Under the pieces are notes generated by a model, which saw nothing but the letters and a program-made list of their open reading frames with translations, ran no database searches and had not been told where the DNA came from. From Callorhinchus milii (Eukaryota), in contig NW_024704743.1 of assembly GCF_018977255.1 (NCBI RefSeq), forward strand, positions 682,001 to 746,000: a stretch of 64,000 bases of DNA, in the 5' to 3' direction. Numbering within the stretch: position 1 is the first letter of the stretch; each line of letters begins with the position of its first letter. Of this stretch, positions 10,362 to 22,303 are shown one piece after another. The translations under genes were made by a program, and so were the position numbers.

Positions 10362-11959
10362 ACACGACTTGCAGAGGGCGAAGTGATAAGAACTTGCATT
10401 TACATAGCGCCCCTCACGCAGGATAGCGCCCCAGAGCACACGGCCCTTAACAATTGGCAAGTCTCTGTAAGTCACTTTGGCAACAAACTCTAAATACTAG
10501 CGGTTCAAACCCCCAAACGTTCCCCTCTTATTATAACCATTGATGAGCACCAAAGTTTAGGGAACCACGGACCGAATGGCCTCTTCTGTGCTGTAACATT
10601 CTGGGATTCTACGATTGCAAAAACACACTATAAGACATCAAAAAAAAAACTTTTTTTTTAAAAAACCACACCAACGCGGTGAAACCTGTACCTGCTGAAC
10701 GTGCTTCTTTCTCAACATGTCGGATTCAACAACGTCAGCGTACGAGCACAGGGCCTCATTAACCCAACACTGCCACCTCGCGAGAAAGCGTCGTCTCAAG
10801 GCGCCCATCGTGGCTCGGTGAGATGCTTCAGGGCAACGAGCAAACCATCCGCTCCTTTCAAAACTTGGGGACCTGCAACGGGAATGAAGACGGGTCGAAA
10901 TAGGTCAGGAAACAGAAAAAAAAGTTGGTTAACCTGAAAAGTGCTCTGTAGTAATCTTTGAATTCGGTACAGCGGACTTTCACGTCCGCCCCGAAGCTCC
11001 TCAAAGGATTTACCGTAAAGCGGAGCTACTGCTTTGTGGGCGAACGCGGCAGCGGATTTGCAACGTCCCACAAACCGCCATGGAACGAAGGACCAATTTT
11101 CTTTGGGGCGGTGGTGGTGGGGGGCGGCGGGAGGGGGGGAGGGGAGGGCAAGGGATTGGATTGTTGGCCGACGGCCTGGACAGCGCGCGGCCACCGACCC
11201 TTACACCGACCGGCGGCCGCGCTCCGCCGCAACGCTAGTTTCTCCCTTTGTTTAAAAAAAAGCCCCTGAAATCTTACAGGGGGGGAGAAAAGGAAACGCA
11301 GACACCCCCGAGAGTTAATTTCGCTCCCCCCCCCACCCCCACTCCTCGCCAAAATACAGTCAATCGACTCGCTTTCCAGCCTATCCCGTGGAGCGCTTCG
11401 AGACGCCTCGAGAGAGAGACAGAGAGAGAGAGACTCTTGAGACGTGACAAGGCGCTGCATCCAATGCAAGTCATTATTATTATTATAACGCACACACACA
11501 CACACACGCCTTTCGCGCGCAGAGAGCGCGAGAGACAAAGCGACGGCCTCGGCCGGTGTCTTCCCCCCCACACCCCGCGCACCGCCCGACCAAACCGCGC
11601 CTTGAGAGAGAGAGAGAGAGAGAGAGGAGACGATCGTCAGAGAGGCGATGTGCGGGGTTTTTTTTCTTACTCCCCACCGTCTCCGCGGAAAAATAAGTAA
11701 TGCAAACTCGAACCCCCCCAACACCCCCCCCCCCACCCACACACACAGCCCTCCACCACCCCCGGGGTCGGGGGGGGGGGGGTCGTGAGAAGGTTGAAAA
11801 GAGCAGCGACAGAGGAGAGAGAGAGAGAGAGAGAGGGAGAGAGAGGGAGAAGTGAACAACAACAACAACAACAAAAATCCTCTTCAGTTACAATCCTCTT
11901 CAGTGATGGTCTGAGGAGGACCTCAGACTGTGTGTGTGTGTGTGGGGGGGAGGGGAGGG

Positions 11960-12410
11960 GGAGGGGCTTCCGCGTCACGTGACCCTCTCCGGGGCCTACA
12001 GGCGCCGCCGCCCCGTCAGAAGCCTCGGCCGCTTTTTAACCGAAGAACCAACGCCCGATCGCCGCCGCCGCCCCCCCCCTCTCTCTGGAAGAACACCCCG
12101 CGCTCGGGCGAACGCCTCCCGGGTCCGCGGTCGCGCGCTGGGCGGAGGATGGCGACGGATTGCGCCGCTTTTCACCTCTCGCCTCTCTCTCTCTCTCTCG
12201 GCGCCGCCGCCTTCGCCGCCAACCGTCAGGGAGGGAAGAGGGTGCGCATGCGCGCCCCGCCCGCTTTTAAAGGCGTTGCCCCGCCCCCCCCTCCGCCCCA
12301 GCGGCGCGTGCGCGGTGGCGCCGCTGAAGCGGGTTGGCAGACCGGATGTGATGTCACGTGCTGGCAAGGGAGCCCCGCCCCCCCCCACACTCCTTGTGAC
12401 GTCAAGAGTC
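11960..12410 (-). promoter_or_regulatory. CpG-island TCT/5'TOP promoter of the snoRNA host gene
   Basis: cCTCTTCCCTCCC initiator at ~12240 and TTTAAAA at -25 to -31 (12265-12271). NRF1-like TGCGCATGCGC 12243-12253, E-box CACGTG 12355-12360, CRE TGACGTCA 12397-12404, GTCACGTGAC 11974-11983. Confidence 0.65.
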
Positions 12411-12414
12411 CCAA

Positions 12415-12700
12415 TGATCATCAATAATAACAACGATCACAATGATAATCAATAATAATACAATAATCACAATAATCATCAGAAAAACTACAATCACAAC
12501 GATAATAATAACTACAACAGTCACAACAATAATAATAACTACAACAATCACAACAATAATACAATAATCACAATAATCCTCATCATAATAATCATAATAG
12601 TAACTACAATAATCACAATAATAATCATAATAGTAACTACAATAATCACAATAATAATTATAATAATCGCAGTGATCACCATAATCATCACAATAATAAT
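12415..12700. repeat. Expanded, degenerate (AAT/AAC)n SINE tail
   Basis: ACAATAATC-type units contiguous with a SINE 3' end at ~12700. Confidence 0.85.
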
Positions 12701-13079
12701 CCTGGCATTTGATACAGCGCCTGATCACGTCTTCGAGACGCCTCACAGCGCTTCACATATTGTAAAGTGAATTGACTGTATATTTTGTGGGCGAAGCGGG
12801 AACAGCCGATTGCGCACAGCAGTGTCCCCACCAACAGCCGCGGGTTGAGTGACCAAACTTTTTTTTGAAGGGATTATTACCCTCTGGAAAAGCCATCGGC
12901 CAATCGACTGACAACCGGGTTCCTATTTTACTGCTCCAGGCGACCTCAACGTGACTGTGCGATACTCCATTGATGTGCTCTGCCCCTTTGGAAGATTTTT
13001 TTTTAAGCCTTTGATTGTGTCTGTCCTTACGTGTCTTGGCCTTTGTCCCCGGTTTCGTGTGCGTCTGTGTCCGCGCGTG

Positions 13080-13325
13080 TCTTTGTGTGTGTTGTCGAGA
13101 GTGTGTGTGTGCGTGTGCGTGTGTATGTGTGTATGTGTCAGTTTGTATTTGTATTCTGTGGGTTTGTACGTATCCGCGTGTGTTTGTATATATGTGTGTG
13201 TGTTCGTGCGCGCGTGTGTATGTATCTGTATGTATGTTTTTGGTATGTATGTGTGTGTGTATGTGTGTGTGTGTTTGTACATGTGTGTGTGTGTGTGCGT
13301 GTGCTTGTGTCTCTCTGTGTGTACG
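13080..13325. repeat. Degenerate (TG)n microsatellite
   Basis: Direct observation. Confidence 0.9.
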
Positions 13326-15609
13326 AGTGCGTTTTCGTTGGCCACTCGACTTAAAGCTCTGCTTTGTTATCCTTTCAATCTTTGCTTCCAGGAAGCAAAT
13401 CCAATTATCTAATGGGAAATTATGTTTGAAACTGAATCGCATGGGGTGGGAGCGCGGGGACCGGGGGAGCCGGGGGTGGGGGGGGGGGGGGTCTATATGT
13501 TACACTGATGAAAGTAATGCAGGAATAATTGACCGCTGAGTGCCAGGGAAGCTTTCCAGTCATTGATCCCACTGGGTGCACATTGGCAGTTCGGCAAATG
13601 AATGAGACCTGTTGTCTCCAGCGAATGGCATTAACGAGTATCGAGTGATGGGCAAAGGGGGGGGTGGGGGGGGTGGGGGCGAGAAACGTCTGATCACCTG
13701 GAGAGTGAAGGGAGCCCTCCGCCACACGTCATGTCACACTTACCGCCTTTGAAGCAGAATAAATCAGTCACTCTACCCCTCGGCTGTTTGCGGGGACGCT
13801 GTTGTGCGCAATTGGCTGCCGTGCTTCGCCTGCAAAACCCACAGTCCATTCACTTTACAGCCTATCCTGCGAAACGCTTTGAGAACGTCTCGAAGGCGTG
13901 ATACGGCGCTGTGTCAAATGCAAGGATTATTATTATGATGTATTATGTATCAGGGAAAGTAGTACGAGATTCTCCAATCCTGAAATGAAGAAGAAGGACG
14001 TTGGCAATGGGATCTTCGAGGGTTAGGGTTGGGGTTAACGGGCACAGACCTTGTTGTAACGTCTCATCCAAAGGACGTTTGATGTCTCATCCAGTGCTGA
14101 ACTGGAGTGTTCAGCTGATGGCGTTGTTTGCGTCAGAGAACAGTCCCAAGATGTGACCGTAGAGGGTGATGTTGGCACACGATTGTGTGGGGGTTTTTTT
14201 CTGGTCCAACCGGAGTGTCTGACACTGCGAGAACCCATCGCCGTTGCTTAAGGGTCTCCAAACCCAACTGAGAATTCCCCGCCTCCCACCTACACCTGGA
14301 AATTCCCAGAGATGGATTGTTGGAATGAAACTCTCTCCCTCTCCCCATTGAGGGGACGTTCCCCCCGCTTACCCTCCATACAGAATCGTTCCCAGGTTTC
14401 AACACCCCTTGGCGTGATGCCGGAGAACCTCGAGGCACAAGGTGTGTCTTTGTCTCCAACCTGACAATCCCCCCCCCCACCCCCTCGTATTACAGTGTCA
14501 GTCTGGAAAACCAAGGGCTGTCCTCACGCCACCGAAGGTGACCGGCTGTTCCATTCCTGCGCTCCGCACGTAATTGGGCGAACCCCGGAACGGGAGCGGA
14601 GAGCGCGGCTGTCGAAGGCTCTCGCTCGCTCCACCTCCGAAGTTCCAGCTCCTCTCCCGCACGGGGCTAACGACAATGTGATCGCTCAACCCCACGCCCG
14701 CAAAAAAACACACGGTCAATTCACTTTACAGCCCGTCCCGCAAAGTGCTTTGAGACGCCTTGAAGGCGTGATCGGGCGCTGAGTCTAGCGCAAGGATTAT
14801 TATTGGTATTATATCAAAAGGCTTGAATACGTTTCAACCCTTAAGGGTCGGTCAGAAGGCAGCACTTCCTGCAGTCGCTAAGCAAATGCCTGAAACTATC
14901 TGCTTGAACCAACTCAACCTCAATAAACCAACGTCAGTACTGGGAACCCTAACGACGAACATATGGAACCCTTGAACGAGCAACACAGGATTGCGCTGTT
15001 ATGTTCCGGGGTTCTGTTTGGTGTGGATTGATGAATTAATTATTAATTAATTGATGTCCTTCGATACTTAAGTATTACACAGTGCTTTGTCTCCGAGCAT
15101 TTCCAGACAGAGTCCAATCGATACCGTGGATCTATGTGGCGAGTTGTCTCGGTTATGAATGAAAGATTTGAGTGGGGATGAATTATTTACTGGAACCGGG
15201 TATTATTTTACGTAAAATGACATTAGAGGACGACAGTGGTATTTAAAATCACAGAGCTCTACGCGGCTCTCCGAGTCAGAAGGTTTTGGGTTCAAGGCCC
15301 ACCTCAGAACTTGGAACCAATATAATACCAATCCTTGGGTCGTTGAGACGTCGCAAAGCGCTTCACAATATACCGTAAAATGGATCGACGAGGTTTTGTG
15401 GGAAAGTTTTTGCCGGGAAACGATGCTGAGGCCAAAACACTGGGACACCCGCGGAAAAAAAAACACACACACAGCTCGACGCTGTGATGGGGACGGGAGG
15501 GCGGGTTTTCTGGAGGGATGAGATCACGTGAGCCGAAGGTCATCTTCATCCGAATCAATCTTGTTGATTGTGTGAGAGGCCACAGCGCAGACCTTTGCAG
15601 TGAAAGCAC

Positions 15610-15990
15610 CGAGTCCCTGCAGTGATTAGAGCACTCGCTTCGCAAGGGAGAGGACCTGGGTTCGATACTCGGGCGGGTCAGGGGTTATTTTTTTGGTCAG
15701 GTACTTACTCTACACACACACACGCGCGCGCGCACACACGCACGCACGCGCCTCTGTTTACCAGCAGTAAGTAGGATTGTTAGCCGACAATAATAATAAT
15801 TATCTCTTAATCCCTTAAAAAAAAATTTACAAATAATTTGGTCGCTCAATCCACGGCAGTTTGTGGGGGGGCCGCTGCTGTGCGCAATCGGCTGCCGCGT
15901 TTCGCCCACAAAATACACGGTCAAGTCGCTTTGCAGTATGTTCTGTGAAGCGATTATTAGAATTATTAAAATGCAAGGATTATAGTTGTA
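15610..15990 (+). mobile_element. tRNA-derived SINE, near full-length copy
   Basis: Same head-core-tail order as 445-900, opposite orientation. Confidence 0.85.
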
Positions 15991-18900
15991 ATGATTATTA
16001 TTCTCGAAGAAGAAGAAGAAGAAGAAGACGAAGACGTAATAAGATATACGAAATGCAAGGATTATTAGTACTATTATATCAAAATGCTTGAATACGTTTC
16101 AATCTTTAAGGGTCAGAAGGCAGCCCTTCCTGCAGTTGCTAAGCAAATGTCTGGAACTATCTGCTTGAAATCAAGACAGCCTCAATAAACACAATGTCAG
16201 AGAACGCTATTGACGAATGAATGGAACGCTTGAGTGAGTAACACGGGGTCTTTCTTATTTCAAGTGCTAATTGAAGCCTTTAGTCGATGGAGAGGTTGTT
16301 ATTTGTCTTGCGTTACTGGTAACACATCGGGTAGAATAGGAGAATCTCGGGTAATGACTATCCGACTTAAGTAGCATCTCCGCAATGTCAATATTGTATT
16401 CAACAGCAGATTAATTAAAACACAACGCCAAAGCTTCTCTGTTTCCGTTTACGAGATTCCCTCTGAAATAAAGGCCGCGGATATTGAAAGAATATTAAAT
16501 GTCGAAGTTTTGGAATGTCGGACTGACCAGTTTTTATCTGGGGGACAACAACAATAACCCTTACATTTGACGTAGCGCCCTATCACGGTGGATGAGACGT
16601 CTCAAAGCGCTTCTCAGGATATACTGTAAAGCGGAGTGACTGCGTACCTTGTGGGTTAGGAGACTCTCCTCTTTTCAAACAGTGGGATCTTTGACATCCG
16701 CCTGAATGGGCAGATTTAACGTCTCATCTGAAGGGAGGAATCTCTCCAACTTGTCCTGACGTCACAACCTTCGGACTCAGCGGCAACAACAACAACACAG
16801 AATTACACTCTCTCTCTCTCTCTCGCCTCTGAGTCAGAAGGTTGTGGATCTGAGCCCCACCGCGGGACGTGGAAACATAAAGTCTTATCGGAGGCTCCAA
16901 CGCGGCACTTGAGGGTGTGTCGCGTTGTCAAGGTGCTGTCCCTCGAGGTCCAATCCGCCTGTTCAGGTGGACGTCAAAGATCCCACGACTTTGCTTGAAA
17001 AGAGAAGGGAGTTTGTCTTTCCTGAAGTCCTGGCCAACAATTCCCCCCAAATAAATCGGCCGCTCACCCCACGGCGGCTGTTTGTGGGGGACGCTGCCGT
17101 GCGCAACTGACTGCCGCGTTTCGCCCACAAAATACACAGTCACTCCACTGCGCACTACGTCCCGTGAAGCGCTTGGAAGTAAGGCCTGATAAGGCGCCGT
17201 ATCAAATGCAAGGATTATTATCATTATCGCCATCATCATCATTACCATTATTAAGGTAGAAAACGTTTCTCGGAGTGCAGGGCGGCAATGAGACAGTTAA
17301 CCCCGGAGCGGGCGGGCGGGTGGGGAGTGGGTGAGGGGAGAGGAAATGAAGAACATTGCTTTCATTCCATTGACCTTGTGGACTCTCCCACCTGTTTGTG
17401 CGGGCAGGGTGAGAGGAGACATGTCAGGCCGATTACTCGTCAGACTCATGTGTCGAAAAAGCCGTTCGCCGGTTGTCTGATCCGCCCTTTCAGACTTTGC
17501 GGAGTAACGGGGAGTTATCCCAGCTCCCAGGGCAGCTGCTGAGGGAGGCAGACCTCACCGGGAGCTTCCTCCGCCCATTGATCCGCACAAGAACAACACC
17601 TAATACCGTCCTCACTAATGCCGATCGCGATGAAGCGGTAGCTCGGTGCGCTCGCCTCGCACGTGAGGTTCGATTCCCGGCCGGACAGGGCGATACCTTA
17701 GTCCTTACTCCACACACGCGCCTCTGTTTACCAGGCGGTAAGCAGGAACCCGGTGGCTGGTCGATTGGCTGATCGCTTTTCCGTGGGTAACAACCCCTTC
17801 TCGAAAGAATGTGAGCGCTCAATCCACCGCTGCCGCCTTTCGCCCACAAAATGCGCTGTCGATCCACTGTACGATGTTCTGCGGAGCGCTTTGAGACGTC
17901 GGTGATAAGGGGCTCTATCAAGTGCAAGGATTACCATCATCATCATCATTATTATTATAAATGCATAGAAACATAGAACCACAAAAAATTTACAGCACAG
18001 AAGAAGGCCGTTCAGTCCGGTCGGTGTCTGTGACGGCTCTCTTTTAAAGAGCGATCGTTTCAATCCCACGCAGCTGCTCTTTCGCGACACCCTAACCCCT
18101 CTGGCGATCAGATGACGCCCTCTCGTCACCGCAGGTTGGTGCTGCTGTGTGTGTACGTTGACGTGTGTGGCAGTGTCTCCCCCCACCCCAAACAGCCGAG
18201 GATTGAGTGAATGACCGATTTTATTTGGGGGCGGTTGGTGGTGGCGGGTGGGGGGAGGGGAGTGGATTGGGGGGGGGGTTTGTGGGCCAGGAGACAGGGT
18301 GAGAGAAACTCCTTTCCCCTTTTGGAATCGTGCCCCGAGGACTTTAACGTCCTCCTGAACAGGCGCAGACGGACGTCAACACACCCTCCCTCCCGGGACT
18401 GCATTGTGGGGTTTCCGCCGGGACCGTGTGATCCCAAAGTCGCGAACTGGGGTTTGAACCCACAACCTTCTGACTCAAGAGGCGAGCGAGAGAGAGAGAG
18501 AGAGAGAGAGAGAGGGCGCGAGCACTACCTCCGAGCCGGGCCGACACACGACGAGCTGTTGGGTTAGCTGTGAGACGAATCCATCCTCGCTTTTGGCCTC
18601 CAATTGCCCAGAGCGATGGCGCAAAAAAGCAGCCCAACCTGTCCGGTGTTTGCAGTCCACACACACCTCCATCATCCACCTCTCCTGTTCCCCTCTTTGA
18701 CGCACACCTGGATAGGCAGCAGATGAGGTGACCAGGGCACTTGTCACGAGTGGGGGCTAAACTCAAAGGGGTTCACTTTTATCCCACATCCAGCAGCAAG
18801 CGCTAGAAAGACAATTCCTACAGGTGAGGCAATGCTTCAGGTACTTTGTTTCAAACCTTCAAAGCCAGAATCGTACGGTGTCGATAACGATCAAATAACA

Positions 18901-19689
18901 TTGTGTAAAATGTGCCTAAGATTCCGTAAAAACTGCCCAAACGGCTGCCGACAAAACCCGCAATGACCTTTATTAATATTAATATTAATATTATGACGAC
19001 GATGACGGCGACGATGACGACGACGATGATGGAAGGGCAACTTACCGGTGGGAGAATTTCGAAACTACTGCTGGGAAATTCCTCGGGGCTGGTGAGGATT
19101 TTTCCCCCTATCGCTGTGTACGTTAAAAAATACCTCCGTGTGTATTTGTGTCAAATGCAAGGATTATTATCATTATTATTATTATTATTATTATTGTTCT
19201 TGCTCAGTTTATTGCTTGAGGTCAAGACGGGGCAGATTTGGCCCCAGGGACACAGTAACTCATCGGAGGTCTGTTCCCAGAAATCAGGGACATATAGTCA
19301 GGGGCTTCCTGTTACCCACTCCCCCCCCCCCCCAGTCGCTGTCCGAGGGCGGACGGGCTGAGGAATCCACTCTCCCCACTTGGCAGTGTGTCGCGGTTAC
19401 TTGATCTGCCCTGAGATTGCCAGGACCTCGTGTACAAATCCCTCCGTTGCTTAATTTAGGCTTCGCCCGAGCCGCCTCTCTTTACGATGTGGGCGCTAAC
19501 ATTCGCAATCTGTCAGGCGTTTCTGCGAATGAAACAGACACCAAACAGATGGAACCCGTTCCCTGACTCCCTCCATCCCGCCCCCCCCCCCGCCCGCCCC
19601 CTCCTCCTCCTTCCCACTCCCCCCACACCACACACACACACACACACACACACACAGCAGCTCCCTTCGTGCTCCCCCTTTCCCCCCCC

Positions 19690-20110
19690 CCCCCCACCAC
19701 CCGTCTTACCCACCCCATCCCATCGGTGGTCAGGCTTTCAGCCAGTCTGCCCCCGCTCTCTCGCACTCCATCCTCGAGTCCCTCCCTCCCTCTCCGACCT
19801 CCTCACTCCCCCCCAATCCACCACCCGGTCAGCGCCTCCGCTCGACTGGCTCCGGCCTCCTGCTCGTCCCTCGCCCCCTGCGCCCCACCATCGGAGGTCG
19901 CGCTTTCGGCAGCTACGCCCTGAGATTCTGGAACGCTCTCCCTCAATCCCTCCGCCTGACCCCCCCTCCCTCTCTCCCCTCTCTCAAGTCCCACCTGAAG
20001 ACTCCTCCACCTCTCCCCACCGGCTCGGAGTCAGTCTCCTCCGCCGTTAAGCGCTCTGAGCCGCTGCCCTGTGTGGAGGGCGCTGTGTAAGTGCATGTTG
20101 TTGTTGTTGA
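19690..20110 (+). mobile_element. L2-type LINE 3' fragment; related pieces at ~3330-3560(-), 26655-26890(+), 42890-43215(-), 56620-57060(+), 63220-63490(-)
   Basis: Degenerate ...TCTGGAACGCTCTCCCTCAATCCCTCCGCCT...CAAGTCCCACCTGAAGAC (WNxLPxxLR-like) with a tail ending (TTG)n. Confidence 0.65.
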
Positions 20111-21084
20111 AAGGTGAGGACCGATATACCTGACATCAGCCCAACGACTAGACCCTGAGCTGGAGAGGCGGGGTGGGGGGTGGTGTGTGTGTGGGGGTGG
20201 TGGGTGGTGGGCGGGGGGGAGGAGAGCGGGGGAGGAAGGTAACACTGGATATTAAACGCCCCCAAATCAGGAGGGCGGTTGTTTTTTTTTCCTCTTTCGA
20301 GCCGTTTATTGCATTTCCCAGAGCGGAAGAGAGCACTTTCCTCCTTCGACGCGAGAGACAAAATGCAAACGCATTTGGATAATTGATCGTCAAAGTGCCG
20401 TTTAAGGCTGGCGACAGCTCCCACGCTTTGCTTTGCTTTGCTTTGCTTTGCTGTCCTGTCGGGGATGGGAACTCCGCGGGGCTGGTCCGTGCGTCTCCAG
20501 AGTACGATGGAAAGGAATTGACTGAAAGTGGCTTCGCTCTCGTCAGTCGCCTGTTGGTAGGAACGTAAGAATTTGCCGGACGAAAGAAGACCGAGGTCCA
20601 TCCGGTTCGCCTTCCATCGCCCTGGCTCTCGCTGGCACGTGTCACGTCCCAAACTACGCACTGCATCCCCCCCCGGACGTCATCGCCTCAATTAAATCTT
20701 ATTTAATTTCCTCGTGCCAACACGTTTTCCTGCCGGCTCACCGGAGTAATTCTCTCGTCTCTTTCGGCTTTGTCACCATCCATTCGCGACGGCTCCTTTC
20801 AACCCCTCGATGGGCTTAACGGGGATTTTTAACGGGAAAGTGTAGTGACCGTGTGTTTCGGTAGGCGAACGTGGAAGCTGATTTTCACACCGCAACGTCT
20901 CACAAACAGCCACGATAGTGGGAGATGGTTGGCCAGGACACCGGGAGAGAGAAATTCTCTTCTCTTTTAGGATAGTGTCGAGGGATCTTTTGCAGACACC
21001 CGGACAGCCAGACAAGACTCAGGGTCAATTACTCCCAACATTATCCAGCACGGCCTCATTTCTTTGTGGGGGGGGGGTCGGCCA

Positions 21085-21406
21085 GACGTCTGACACGCGG
21101 AAACCCATCACCGGTGCTTAACTGAGAATTCCCCGCCTCCCGCCTACACCTGGAAATCCCAGAGATAAGATGGTTGGAATGGAATGCGCTCTCTCTCTCT
21201 CTCTCCCTGGAGGGACGTCCCCCGCTTACCTAATTCCGGACAGTATTAGGCGCAGGTTGGGGGGGAAGGGAGGGGGGGGGGACAGAGTGTGCGTTGGGGT
21301 AACTGCTGGAGTCTAACCAGTTAAACCCACACACAGCTCGGCCATCGAGAGCGCTGTCCGGCCAAGCTTTCCCGCTGCTTGTCCGGCCTCGGACCCCCCT
21401 CCCCGC

Positions 21407-21437
<31 letters not shown>

Positions 21438-21490
21438 GGCTTTGGCTGCGGGGTTACCAGGAGCTGAGGGGGAGGATTCCCTGCCCCCAG
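21085..21490 (+). repeat. Unclassified interspersed repeat family (about 10 copies or fragments in the window)
   Basis: Shared blocks GAAACCCATC..., GGAAATCCCAGAGATAGAT...GGAATGGAATGCGC, CTTACCTAATTCCGGA and GTTGGGGTAACTGCTGGAGTCTAACC. Also found near 4680, 14220, 29810, 41560, 45570, 46535, 47750, 49075 and 52274. Confidence 0.75.
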
Positions 21491-22144
21491 AGACTGTAGG
21501 TTTAGCTGGTTAGTTAGCAGTTACCAGCAGTTACCCCAACACTCCCTCTGGAGTCCTCCTTAAACCTTGGTTCTTGCCATCCTGCACCTGATGGCTCTCA
21601 GTCCGGTTTGAATACTCCTGATCACAGCCCTGGGTTTCCACACGTGTCAGATGCCCGGCTTCACCCAAGAAAACGTTACCTTCAGAGACTTTGGAAAGCA
21701 ATTTATAAAGTAAAAGACTTGATTTAAGAATTCTCCACATTTCTGTGTGGTCTTAAGGCAAACGGTCTCTCAGGGGTTCCTGTCTGGGGTTTGTGGGACT
21801 CGTATACAATAATAATAATCCTCGCATTTGATACAGCGTCTTATAATAATAATAATCCTTGCATTTGATATAGCGCTTTTCACGTCGGGAGGACGTCCCA
21901 AAGCGCTTCACAGAACACACTGTAAAGTGAATTAACTGTATATTTTGTGGGCGAAACGCGGCGGCCAACTGCGCGCAGCAGCGTCCCCCACAAACAGCCG
22001 TGAACTGAAGTGACCAATTTTTTATTATTATTTATTTGGAAGGGGATTATCATCCCCCGGAAAAGCCATCCGCCGATCGACTAACAACCGGGTTCGTGTT
22101 TACTGCTGAACGTCAAGCGAGGAGAATAAGCAGAGAATAAGACT

Positions 22145-22245
22145 CCGGTTTAAACAGTTCACTTTTTAATGAACAATTCTTTTCTTAAAAAGCTCGATTT
22201 CGTTTTTTTTTCCAGAATTGTGTACAGAAATAAAACCGTACGGGA
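22145..22245 (-). terminator. Probable polyadenylation region of the sodium channel gene (~3.1-kb 3'UTR)
   Basis: Minus strand shows upstream TGTA, ATTAAA at 22165-22170 and a U/C-rich downstream tract. A more proximal AATAAA lies near 24163. Confidence 0.45.
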
Positions 22246-22270
22246 AAGGGGGAGAGATAGAGAGAGATGA

Positions 22271-22303
<33 letters not shown>

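Larger units (their letters stand above)
9215..12240 (-). ncRNA. Non-coding snoRNA host gene (SNHG15-like). Putative exons 12176-12240, 10692-10872 (or -10933), 10083-10161 and ~9215-9311
   Basis: Canonical splice sites, branch point TGACTAAC at 9333-9340 and AATAAA at 9237-9242. One snoRNA in each of the last two introns, only short ORFs, TCT-type start. Confidence 0.6.

Noticed and set aside
11876..11928. 13-bp direct repeat plus 8-bp hairpin in host-gene intron 1, possible C/D snoRNA
   Set aside because: CTGA motifs are present but there is no C box or terminal stem on the host strand.
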